The notes under the pieces: model-generated
What the model saw: only the letters and a program-made list of their open reading frames with translations
Told to the model about the DNA's origin: nothing
Database searches by the model: none
In this document: piece by piece, positions 21,161 to 29,729 of the stretch
Layout: every line of letters begins with the position of its first letter
Numbering within the stretch: position 1 is the first letter of the stretch
Origin: an uncultured bacterium
GTDB taxonomy: Bacteria; Krumholzibacteriota; Krumholzibacteriia; WVZY01; JAKEHA01
Assembly: GCA_964588695.1 (NCBI GenBank)
Contig: CAZPQK010000004.1
Coordinates: forward strand, 226,304 to 290,303
Reading direction: 5' to 3'
Length of the DNA: 64,000 nucleotides
Translations under genes and position numbers: made by a program

Positions 21161-21295
21161 ATGAAACGTACATTTCAGCCCAAGAACCTTAAGCGCAAGC
21201 GCGACCATGGATTTCGGAAGCGCATGAGCACAAAGGCCGGGCGCGCCATCCTGAAACGCCGCCGCAAGAAAGGCCGCCGAGTACTTTCGGCCTAG
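21161..21295 (+). CDS. rpmH: 50S ribosomal protein L34 (absent from the ORF track, 44 aa)
   Basis: Manual translation [44 protein letters not shown]. Confidence 0.98.
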   Translation: MKRTFQPKNLKRKRDHGFRKRMSTKAGRAILKRRRKKGRRVLSA

Positions 21296-21297
21296 CG

Positions 21298-21669
21298 GTG
21301 CCCACCTTACCCGGAGGCGCCGGGGACCCAGCAGTGAACCGTCGCCACACGCTCCGGGCCGCCTGGCAGTTTCGAACGGTCTATGACCACGGCGATCGCG
21401 TCGTCGGCAGTCTTACCGTTCTTTTCTACCACTCCACCCCATCCGATCAGGTAAAGGTCGGCGTAGTGGCAAGCAAGAAGGTGGGTAACGCGGTTAGTCG
21501 CAACCGAGCGAAGCGACTTATCCGCGAAGCGTCGCGCGAATTAATCAAACGCATCGATGACAAAAATATCTGGCTCGTTGTCGTGGCCCGGTCCACTATC
21601 AACGGCAATAGCTGCCAGGATGTGGTGGCGGACCTGGAGCGGTCGCTTAAGACTGCGGGTCTCATTTAA
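21298..21669 (+). CDS. rnpA: Ribonuclease P protein component
   Basis: KVGVVASKKVGNAVSRNRAKRLIRE (RNR motif); follows rpmH; start may be GTG 21334. Confidence 0.95.
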   Translation: MPTLPGGAGDPAVNRRHTLRAAWQFRTVYDHGDRVVGSLTVLFYHSTPSDQVKVGVVASKKVGNAVSRNRAKRLIREASRELIKRIDDKNIWLVVVARSTINGNSCQDVVADLERSLKTAGLI

Positions 21670-21732
21670 GAGATCGTCGAAGCGAAAATTTAATACTCGA
21701 GACATCACTGCCCGCGAGATCGGGTAGACACC

Positions 21733-21999
21733 ATGATCTTTCAAAGAGTGCTGATCGGTATGATCGTCGCCTATCAAAAGGCGATCAGCCCATTCCTTCC
21801 CGACACCTGTCGGTTCTACCCATCTTGCTCGGAGTTTGCCAGGCAGGCACTCGCCAGCGAAGGCCTGGTCCGCGGGACCTGGCTGGCGCTGCGACGCGTA
21901 GGCCGTTGTCACCCGTGGGGCTCGGCGGGCTACGACCCTGTCGAAGCGCACACCCACCACGAAACGGTATCGACGTCGGTGGAAGGGCAGGTGCCGTAG
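21733..21999 (+). CDS. yidD: Membrane protein insertion efficiency factor YidD
   Basis: YQKAISP...CRFYPSCSE...RCHPW...GYDPV. Confidence 0.95.
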   Translation: MIFQRVLIGMIVAYQKAISPFLPDTCRFYPSCSEFARQALASEGLVRGTWLALRRVGRCHPWGSAGYDPVEAHTHHETVSTSVEGQVP

Positions 22000-23799
22000 A
22001 TGGAACGTCGCGCAATTCTAGCGTTCGCGCTGTCGATGGTGTTGTTTCTGATCTACGACATGGTTTACTTGCAGCCGCGAACGCGCAAGCAGCGCGAGCA
22101 AGCCAAGATTCAAGCCGAACAACTCGCCGACTCTCTCGCCGCTGTTGCCCGCGCTGACTCTATCCGCGCGGCGCTTAACCCCCCGCCATCGCAACTCGAC
22201 AACACGCCAGCGCTATCTCAAGACCCCGCACGCCCGGTGCTGGAAGGCACCACGGATGCCCCCGCGCAGCCAGAAGCAGAGCCGATCGAGATCGTCGTGT
22301 CGACGGGCAAGCTCGAGTTGGTACTTTCGAGCCGCGGCGCCGAAATCATGTCGGCACAACTCCCCGACTTTGAAACCGACGGCGCGCCGGTGGAGTTGTT
22401 TCCACAGATCCCCGAATGGGGCAACGGGCGGATTCTGAGCTTTGCTATTCGCGGCGACGACCGACAGCTGCGGTCGTTTAGCAATCGAGTTTTTGACGTC
22501 ACTCGAAACGGCAACGCGTTGCGCAACCGACAACGAGTCGTGGTGTCGGGAGACGAGCCTGTAGAAGTGGTGTTTACCCTGGCCCTGGAAGACGGTGTCC
22601 AGCTTGACCGCTACTACACGTTTTACGCCGACCGTTATGATTTTGAAACTGGCGCCCGGTTAACCACTTCGGACACGCGGATGTACGGCTGGTTGGTGTG
22701 GGGATTTGGCCCGGGAATGCAGTCCACCGAAGAAAACGTAGAAGATGACCGCCAGAACTTTAAGGTGATTGCGCGCCTGGGAGAAGAAACCGACTCGCGG
22801 CAGCCCAAGGACTTTGGAAAGACACACTCGGAGCAGCTGACGGGACAGTTGTCGTGGTTTTCGTTACGCACCAAGTATTTTACAACCGCCCTGATCCCGT
22901 TGGATGCCACTCGCAGCGAGGTTGAACTAACCGGCGACAAAGTCGGCCACCACGTTAGCGGGAACATTGGGTTGCCGGGTGTGGTTCAGGGTAGAGGCGT
23001 GCACCAGCGTCACCGCGTGTATATGGGTCCGCTGGATGTCGACCGCCTGCGCGGCTTCGATGTCGGCCTGGAGTCGATTGTCGAGATGGGCTGGAAGGTT
23101 ATTCGGCCGGTGTCGAACCTGATTCTGGCGTCGATGATTTGGATGCATAAGTTCATCCCCAACTATGGCTGGGTCATCCTGATTATTTCGGTGCTCACCA
23201 AGGTGCTGTTCTACCGACTGACGCACAAAAGCTTTAAGTCCATGAAGGACATGCAGGACCTGCAACCGCGTTTGCAGGCACTAAAGGAAAAATACAAAGA
23301 CGACAAACAAAAGCAGAGCCAGGAAATGATGAAGCTCTACCGCGAAGCGGGTGTTAACCCGCTGGGTGGTTGTCTTCCGATGCTGCTGCAGATGCCGGTG
23401 TTTATTGCACTGTTTAACGTGCTGAAGTTTACCATCGAGTTGCGCGGCGCCAATTGGTTTGGGTGGATTACCGACCTCTCGCAGCAGGATGTCTTGTTCA
23501 GGCTGCCTATGGCGCTGCCGTTGTTGGGAGACGCGTTTAGCCTCATGCCGGTGCTAATGGGAGTATCGATGTTCCTGCAGACCAGGCTGGGCGGCGGAAT
23601 GGGCGGCATGGGGGGCTCGGGCGGCGCTCAGCAGCTGCCGCCGGGCTTTAATGCGATGATGCCGGTTGTTTTTACGGTTCTGTTTTACAAAATGCCGTCG
23701 GGCCTTGTGCTTTACTGGCTCGTAAACACGGTGCTGTCGATTGCACAACAGTGGTACATCAACCGAGACAAAGACAGTCCGAAGCCAGCCGCGGCATAA
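22000..23799 (+). CDS. yidC: Membrane protein insertase YidC
   Basis: N-terminal TM, periplasmic domain, NYGWVILIIS, NPLGGCLPMLLQMPVF, PSGLVLYWLVN. Confidence 0.97.
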   Translation: MERRAILAFALSMVLFLIYDMVYLQPRTRKQREQAKIQAEQLADSLAAVARADSIRAALNPPPSQLDNTPALSQDPARPVLEGTTDAPAQPEAEPIEIVVSTGKLELVLSSRGAEIMSAQLPDFETDGAPVELFPQIPEWGNGRILSFAIRGDDRQLRSFSNRVFDVTRNGNALRNRQRVVVSGDEPVEVVFTLALEDGVQLDRYYTFYADRYDFETGARLTTSDTRMYGWLVWGFGPGMQSTEENVEDDRQNFKVIARLGEETDSRQPKDFGKTHSEQLTGQLSWFSLRTKYFTTALIPLDATRSEVELTGDKVGHHVSGNIGLPGVVQGRGVHQRHRVYMGPLDVDRLRGFDVGLESIVEMGWKVIRPVSNLILASMIWMHKFIPNYGWVILIISVLTKVLFYRLTHKSFKSMKDMQDLQPRLQALKEKYKDDKQKQSQEMMKLYREAGVNPLGGCLPMLLQMPVFIALFNVLKFTIELRGANWFGWITDLSQQDVLFRLPMALPLLGDAFSLMPVLMGVSMFLQTRLGGGMGGMGGSGGAQQLPPGFNAMMPVVFTVLFYKMPSGLVLYWLVNTVLSIAQQWYINRDKDSPKPAAA

Positions 23800-23830
23800 G
23801 CGCCTGGCTCGACAAAGAAGGGCACCAATT

Positions 23831-24691
23831 ATGGGTGGAAACTTCGTAATCACCACCGGAAAGAACGTGGAACAAGCGCTCGAAAAAGCGTTGAAGCAGC
23901 TCAATCTCAAAAAAGACAACGTCGACATCGAGATTCTTGAAGAAACCCAGGGCGCGTTGTTTGGCCTGCTGGGTGGAAAAAGTGTGAAGATCCGGGTGTC
24001 GCGCCGCGAGCGAGGCCCGGTACCCACCAAGCCCGAGTCGCGAGGTGGCAACGACCGCCGAGGGTCTTCGCGTCGGAGCGGTGGCCGTACCGACAATGCG
24101 CGGTCTTCGCGCGAACCACGAGGTGACAACGGCGGGCGTAGCCGGGGGCGGCGCAATGGAAGTTCGTCACCACGGACGGCGCCGGCGGGAAGCGCAGCCG
24201 TTGCAACCGAAGGGCTGGGCGCGGAAAACGTGGAACTGCTGGAGCAAATCGTTTCCGAGGTCCTTGGATACATGGGTGTCGATTACTCAGTGACCATCGA
24301 AGAGGTTCCGGACACAACCTTTATCAATATTTCTTCGGAGGGCCTTGATGGTTTGTTGATCGGTCGTCGCGGAGAAACGCTGGCGTCGCTGCAACACGTG
24401 GTCAACCGTATATTCACGGCCCGTACCGGACATCACAGCAAAATCACCGTCGATGTTGGTGGATACGTTCGGCGCAAGCATCGATTGTTGGTCGAAAAAG
24501 CCCGCAAAGTTGCCGAGCGCGTACGCAAGACGCAAAAGGACTACGACTTTGAACCGTTGAAGGCGGCCGACCGGCGCATCATTCACCTTGCGGTCGCCGA
24601 CATCGGGGACATTACGACATACACAATTGGCGACGGTTTGCTGCGCAAGGTGGTTATCTCGCCGAAGTCGACGTCAAGCCGGGACGCTTAA
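23831..24691 (+). CDS. jag: Jag/KhpB (EloR) RNA-binding protein with KH and R3H domains
   Basis: TGKNVEQALEKAL, GLLIGRRGETLASLQ, RRIIH; ATG 23831 follows an AAGAAGG RBS. Confidence 0.92.
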   Translation: MGGNFVITTGKNVEQALEKALKQLNLKKDNVDIEILEETQGALFGLLGGKSVKIRVSRRERGPVPTKPESRGGNDRRGSSRRSGGRTDNARSSREPRGDNGGRSRGRRNGSSSPRTAPAGSAAVATEGLGAENVELLEQIVSEVLGYMGVDYSVTIEEVPDTTFINISSEGLDGLLIGRRGETLASLQHVVNRIFTARTGHHSKITVDVGGYVRRKHRLLVEKARKVAERVRKTQKDYDFEPLKAADRRIIHLAVADIGDITTYTIGDGLLRKVVISPKSTSSRDA

Positions 24692-24835
24692 ACGACGCAA
24701 GCCGCACAATCGATTGTGGTGAAACAGCCACGCTTAGTGATGTGCTGCGCGAATGCGGTGTGGCCGGTAGTCACGGAGTGCGATAGTGTTCGGCGATGCC
24801 GAACGGCCGCGGAGCTTGCTAATGCATTGTAGTAC

Positions 24836-24863
24836 TTGCGGCTGCGAACTTTGCCTCTATAAT
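24836..24863 (+). promoter_or_regulatory. Putative sigma70 promoter for the TonB receptor operon
   Basis: TTGCGG-16 nt-TATAAT about 105 nt upstream of ATG 24968. Confidence 0.5.
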
Positions 24864-24967
24864 TGAAAGTGTTGGCCCCGCTGCTGCAATAGCCATCACA
24901 GGCGGTTTGCCCGCGGTCGCGCAGCGGCCCCCAAGTACGTACACCACCCCTTCCTCTTTTTTACACA

Positions 24968-27241
24968 ATGACAATCAAGCCCAGCCGCTGGATCGTCTGC
25001 GTTTTATTCATCCTTACGTGCGTCTCGGCGGTACGAAGCCACGCCGCCACGATTCGCGGAACCACTGTAGATGCCGCGACGGAAGAAGCCGTAGGTTTTG
25101 TCACGGTCCAGGTTTTTACAAAGGATGCCGCTGGCGCTGACATTAGTCGTGGTGCCATGAGCCTTGGCGATGGCAACTACGTCATGCCCAACGTGCCGCT
25201 GGGGCGCTATCTCATTCGCTTCTCGCGCATTGGCTACGCTTTACTAGAAGACAGCATCACAGTAGACACCGACGGCGACGTGTTTTATAACGCGCGATTA
25301 ACAGAGCAGGCAGTCGTTATCGACGAAGTCGTTGTCGAGGCCGACCGCATTCAACCCGATCAGCGAGTAATCCCCGGGCTTATCGACATTAAGGCAACCG
25401 ATCTGGCGTCGCTGCCGGGAATTATCGAAGGCGACCCGATCCGAAGCCTGCAACTGCTGCCCGGCGTTCAGGCTGCCTCGGACATCTCCAGCGGACTGTA
25501 CGTTCGGGGCGGTGGCCCCGACCAGACGCTGGTGCTGCTGGATAACGTGACCGTGTACAATCCGACCCACGCGTTTGGGTTTTTCTCCACGTTTAACGCG
25601 GATGCGCTGGACGATGTCAATTTGTACAAAGGTGCATATCCAGCACAATACGGCGGCCGATTGGGAAGCGTTCTTGATATTAGTAGTCGCGACGGCAATA
25701 AGGGCAACGTCCGTGGATCTGGTGGATTAAGCACAGTTGCGGGCCGCCTGGTCTTGGAAGGCGGAGGGCCGCAGGAGACGACGTGGTTGCTTAGCGGAAG
25801 ACGCACTTTTCTGGAGCCGTTGCTGGACGCGCTACGTTCGCCGGATAACGAAATCCCCGAGTACTACTTCTACGATTTTAATGGGCGCATCGATGTTCCA
25901 ACCGCCGGCGGCACGTTCACACTGAGCGGATACTACGGGTGGGACGATTTATTCTTCGACCTGGACACCGATAGCAAGATTGCACTGGGTTGGGGCAACC
26001 GCGTGGGAACAGCCGCGTACCGGCGGTTGCTAAGCGAAACCGTGCTCTGGCGAACCCGGTTGTCGGGCAGCCAGTATCGCAACCAGGCGGCGGTTGAATT
26101 TTTTAGCACCCCGATTTCGTTTGCCAATCGGTTGCGCGACATTTCTTTAACGAGTGATCTTACGTGGACGCCAAATCGTCAGCACAAGTTGCGATTTGGC
26201 GTGGCTGGCTCGTTGTACGATTTCCGCTACGTGGAGTCCTTCAATTTGGAAACGGACGTGTCTTACGACCGATCTCCGCGCGAGGCGGCGACGTTCCTCG
26301 AAGACGAATGGACCCCAGACGATCGCACCGTTGTAAAGGCCGGTGTCCGCGCGCGATACATCAACGACGGAAAGCGTTTCCTGGTTGAGCCCCGAGGCGC
26401 GGTGAGTCGTAAGCTCGGCGATGCTTTCCGAGCAAAAGTAGGCGCCGGGATTTATCACCAGTATTTGCAGTTGGTGTCGACGGAGGGCTTTTCGGCGGCG
26501 GACTTCTATCTCCCAATCGACAAAACCGCAGACGTTCCGCGGTCGTGGCAGCTTGTCGGAGGCCTGGAGTACGAACCCACAATCGACTACAAGGTTTCTT
26601 TGGAAACCTACTACACGCAACTTGAGGATGTCGTCGAATACGACAACAACGCCCCGGTGGATGTCGGTGCGGTTACCGCAGACGATGTGTTTGTAACCGA
26701 GGGCGAGGGTTATCAGACCGGTGTCGAGCTGTTTGTGCAAAAGCGTACGGGCGCGTTAACGGGATGGGTTGGGTATACCCTGGGTTGGACGCGCCGGCAG
26801 TTTGACTCGCTCAACGACGGTAAGGTGTTTGCTCCTAAGTACGATAGACGCAACGACGTAAACGTGGTGGCATCTTACAAGCGCGGGAAGTGGTCGTACG
26901 GGACAACGTTTGTGTATGGATCAGGGCAAGCGTTTACACCGGCGTCGGCGCGTTACGTACTCACTAACCCCGCGACCGGAACGGTCCCCGGCGACGCCCA
27001 GCTGTTGCCGGCCGAGCGCAACTCGGCTCGACTGCTGCCCTACCATCGTATGGACGTAAGCATCAGTCGCGACGCCACGCTCTTTAGCCGCGACGTTGAA
27101 TGGTTTGTGCAGGTTTTCAACGTGTACAGCCGTCGTAACGAGTGGTTCGTTCAGTACAACACCAGTGACGCCCAAGTGCAGCCCGAAGTCGTAAAGCAGC
27201 TACCCATCATTCCCAGCATAGGTATTAACTTCAGGTTCTAA
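24968..27241 (+). CDS. TonB-dependent receptor with N-terminal carboxypeptidase-regulatory-like domain
   Basis: Signal peptide; plug LQLLPGVQ...GLYVRGGGPDQ; YKGAYPAQYGGRLGSVLDI; C-terminal INFRF. Confidence 0.92.
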   Translation: MTIKPSRWIVCVLFILTCVSAVRSHAATIRGTTVDAATEEAVGFVTVQVFTKDAAGADISRGAMSLGDGNYVMPNVPLGRYLIRFSRIGYALLEDSITVDTDGDVFYNARLTEQAVVIDEVVVEADRIQPDQRVIPGLIDIKATDLASLPGIIEGDPIRSLQLLPGVQAASDISSGLYVRGGGPDQTLVLLDNVTVYNPTHAFGFFSTFNADALDDVNLYKGAYPAQYGGRLGSVLDISSRDGNKGNVRGSGGLSTVAGRLVLEGGGPQETTWLLSGRRTFLEPLLDALRSPDNEIPEYYFYDFNGRIDVPTAGGTFTLSGYYGWDDLFFDLDTDSKIALGWGNRVGTAAYRRLLSETVLWRTRLSGSQYRNQAAVEFFSTPISFANRLRDISLTSDLTWTPNRQHKLRFGVAGSLYDFRYVESFNLETDVSYDRSPREAATFLEDEWTPDDRTVVKAGVRARYINDGKRFLVEPRGAVSRKLGDAFRAKVGAGIYHQYLQLVSTEGFSAADFYLPIDKTADVPRSWQLVGGLEYEPTIDYKVSLETYYTQLEDVVEYDNNAPVDVGAVTADDVFVTEGEGYQTGVELFVQKRTGALTGWVGYTLGWTRRQFDSLNDGKVFAPKYDRRNDVNVVASYKRGKWSYGTTFVYGSGQAFTPASARYVLTNPATGTVPGDAQLLPAERNSARLLPYHRMDVSISRDATLFSRDVEWFVQVFNVYSRRNEWFVQYNTSDAQVQPEVVKQLPIIPSIGINFRF

Positions 27242-28206
27242 TGATGAATTACACTAAGAAAATTCTTTTCGTTGTTGTTGCGTGTTTTGCTGTCGGGTTG
27301 TTGACTTCATGCTCTACCGACCGAAACCCAAACGAATTGTTTGCCCCGGAAGGTGTGGGCGTACTGGTGGTGGACGCAGTCTTGATTGTTAACCAGCCGT
27401 GGGTCGAAGTGAACATCCGGCTGTCGCGAACGGTTGCGCCCAACGACCCGCGGTTCGTGGCTCCGGTACGAAACGCGGCGGTAGTTGTGCGGGGCGACGG
27501 AGAGACCTATGTGTTTCAGGAGTCGCCGGCCGTGCCGGGCGTGTACCGCCTGGCGAACACTACCAACGGCGACCCCAACCCCGTGGTCACACCACGCACC
27601 CGGTTTGAGTTGGCGGTTGAGACCCTCGGCGGTGAGAGGTTGGGTGCGGTCACCAATACGCCGGAACAGTTACAAGTGACCGCGTGGCAGTTGTTGGCCG
27701 CCGACGGCGTTACCGTTCGGCGCACGCTTTCGAACTACGACAATTCGAGCGACCCGGCGGCCGAGCCGGAAAACCAGATCCGGTACCAAGACGGCTTACT
27801 GGACGCGCGGTTCATTAGTGGGGATGCGCTAGCGATTCAAGTAGGGCTGTTTGCGTTGACCCCTGACTCCGGCCTGACGATCGACCCGGACTTTCTGGAC
27901 GAGGAAGACATCGAGGATATCGTAGACGAAGCGATTTCTTCTCCGCCGCTTTCGGCGGACAACCAATTTGTGCGACTTCCCTGGGCGGCCGTGTACTACT
28001 ACGGGACGCTCGACATTGTTATATTTTCGATCGACCGAAACTGGTACGACCTGGCTCGCTCGTCGCCCGACCTGGCCGGAGACGGTGGTGCTTTCGGAGG
28101 CAATATCGGCGATGGGTTTGATACGCCGATATTCCGCGTCGACGGTGGGATTGGCTTGTTTGGGTCGGCCTCCAGAGTGGTAAACTCCATCACGATTGTT
28201 CGATAG
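27241..28206 (+). CDS. DUF4249-like lipoprotein partner of the TonB receptor
   Basis: LLTSC lipobox; coupled to the receptor stop; C-terminal GNI...GGIGLFGS. Confidence 0.65.
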   Translation: MMNYTKKILFVVVACFAVGLLTSCSTDRNPNELFAPEGVGVLVVDAVLIVNQPWVEVNIRLSRTVAPNDPRFVAPVRNAAVVVRGDGETYVFQESPAVPGVYRLANTTNGDPNPVVTPRTRFELAVETLGGERLGAVTNTPEQLQVTAWQLLAADGVTVRRTLSNYDNSSDPAAEPENQIRYQDGLLDARFISGDALAIQVGLFALTPDSGLTIDPDFLDEEDIEDIVDEAISSPPLSADNQFVRLPWAAVYYYGTLDIVIFSIDRNWYDLARSSPDLAGDGGAFGGNIGDGFDTPIFRVDGGIGLFGSASRVVNSITIVR

Positions 28207-28288
28207 CCAGCTCGACACATATATATAGTGTCGCGCGGGTGTCGGCTCAGACCCGCGAACCTCAACCCCCGCTCTGCCACCTTCAGTT

Positions 28289-29683
28289 ATGACGAGTCTC
28301 CATGACACAATCGCCGCTCAGTCGACCCCGCCGGGCGAGGCCGGAATCGCCGTCATTCGCTTGTCGGGCGCGGGCGCGGTAGCGCTGTTGTTAGAGGTTT
28401 TTCGCGGTGATCGCTCGGAATTGTCAACAAAAGCCCCGCCTTTTGTCCACCGGATGATGCGCCACGGCGCCCTGATTGACCCCGTGTCGATGGAGATCGT
28501 CGACGAGGTCATGGCGGTGGTTATGTTCGCACCAGAATCTTACACGGGTGAGGACGTTGTCGAGGTGAGTTGCCACGGAAGCCAGACGATTGTCAACCGA
28601 ATCCTTAGTATTCTGTTTTCCCTCGGAGCCCGGGCAGCTGAACCCGGAGAGTTCACCAAGCGAGCCTTCTTAAACGGAAAAATGGACCTGATCCAGGCCG
28701 AAGCTGTGGCCGACCTCATCCACTCGCGGTCCGAGCTGCAGCGCCAGGCCGCCCAGCGCTGCCTGGCGGGTGGGCTGTCCGAGGAGATTGAGGGTGTGGC
28801 GCGTGATGTGATTGAGCTGCTGGGGGTCGTCGAGGCTAACATCGACTTCATCACCGAGGACATCGACGCGGTTGACTGGTCGGGCTCGATAGCACGGATG
28901 CGGTTGCACCGGGAAACACTTGGCGGCCTATTGTCAACCGGCGTGCTGGCCAAACCGTTCCGTGAAGGCTTTCAAGTTGTTCTGGCCGGACCGACAAACG
29001 CCGGTAAAAGTACCCTGTTCAATCGGCTTGTGGGTGAGTCGCGTGCGATCGTCACCGATATCCCGGGTACCACAAGAGACGTATTGCGTGAACACGTCAT
29101 CAAAAACGGGCTTGTTTTTGTCGTTCATGATACCGCTGGTATCCGAGGGGGTGTCACGGACCAGGTTGAATCGCTGGGGATTGGTTTGGCCAACGATGCA
29201 ATTGCACACGCAGACGTCGTTTTGGTTGTAGAGGATGGCGTAGATGTTAACGGCCGCAACAAAATTGACCCTATTTTGTCATCTCTTGATCTTAGTCGAA
29301 CAATACGTGTAAAAAACAAGGCGGATTTGTTGCACAAACACGGAGCGGTTGACAATGATACCCCTGGGGTAGCTCTGGTTTCAGCAAAAACAGGCGCTGG
29401 ATTGCAAGAGCTTTGGAATCTTATCGTTGATCGCGTCGGTGGGGTTGACATTGCATCCGCAGCTCGCGAGCGGTACGTGTTGAACACACGACTAACGGCA
29501 CTGTTGGCGCGGGCTGACGCCCTTCTCGCCGAGCTAATCCCAGCGCTCGAGTCAAGGGAGTCGCTGGAAATGCTCGCGGCGCGCACACGGGAGTTGCTGA
29601 GCGTCTTTGAGCAGGCGACCGGCCGACGCTACGAGAATGACTATCTGGACGTTATTTTTTCCCGGTTTTGCATCGGGAAATAG
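28289..29683 (+). CDS. mnmE: tRNA modification GTPase MnmE (TrmE)
   Basis: DTIAA.STP.GEAGIAVIRLSG, SYTGEDVVE, GPTNAGKS, PGTTRD, DTAGIR, NKAD, FSRFCIGK. Confidence 0.97.
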   Translation: MTSLHDTIAAQSTPPGEAGIAVIRLSGAGAVALLLEVFRGDRSELSTKAPPFVHRMMRHGALIDPVSMEIVDEVMAVVMFAPESYTGEDVVEVSCHGSQTIVNRILSILFSLGARAAEPGEFTKRAFLNGKMDLIQAEAVADLIHSRSELQRQAAQRCLAGGLSEEIEGVARDVIELLGVVEANIDFITEDIDAVDWSGSIARMRLHRETLGGLLSTGVLAKPFREGFQVVLAGPTNAGKSTLFNRLVGESRAIVTDIPGTTRDVLREHVIKNGLVFVVHDTAGIRGGVTDQVESLGIGLANDAIAHADVVLVVEDGVDVNGRNKIDPILSSLDLSRTIRVKNKADLLHKHGAVDNDTPGVALVSAKTGAGLQELWNLIVDRVGGVDIASAARERYVLNTRLTALLARADALLAELIPALESRESLEMLAARTRELLSVFEQATGRRYENDYLDVIFSRFCIGK

Positions 29684-29699
29684 CGGCGGGCTATTCCCT

Positions 29700-29708
29700 T
29701 TATCCACA
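29700..29708 (+). promoter_or_regulatory. Single perfect DnaA box between mnmE and mnmG
   Basis: TTATCCACA, followed by a TATATAAC -10-like element. Confidence 0.55.
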
Positions 29709-29729
29709 TTTCTATATAACATCTACCTC

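Noticed and set aside
24864-24967. Cobalamin or TPP riboswitch ahead of the TonB receptor
   Set aside because: Neither the B12-box/GGGAA core nor the TPP CUGAGA/ACCUGA core was seen; kept only as a low-interest unknown leader
28207-28288. Hairpins upstream of mnmE (GACAC-ATATATATA-GTGTC; CGCGGGT/ACCCGCG)
   Set aside because: Likely terminator or promoter features; too short to support an ncRNA or mobile-element call
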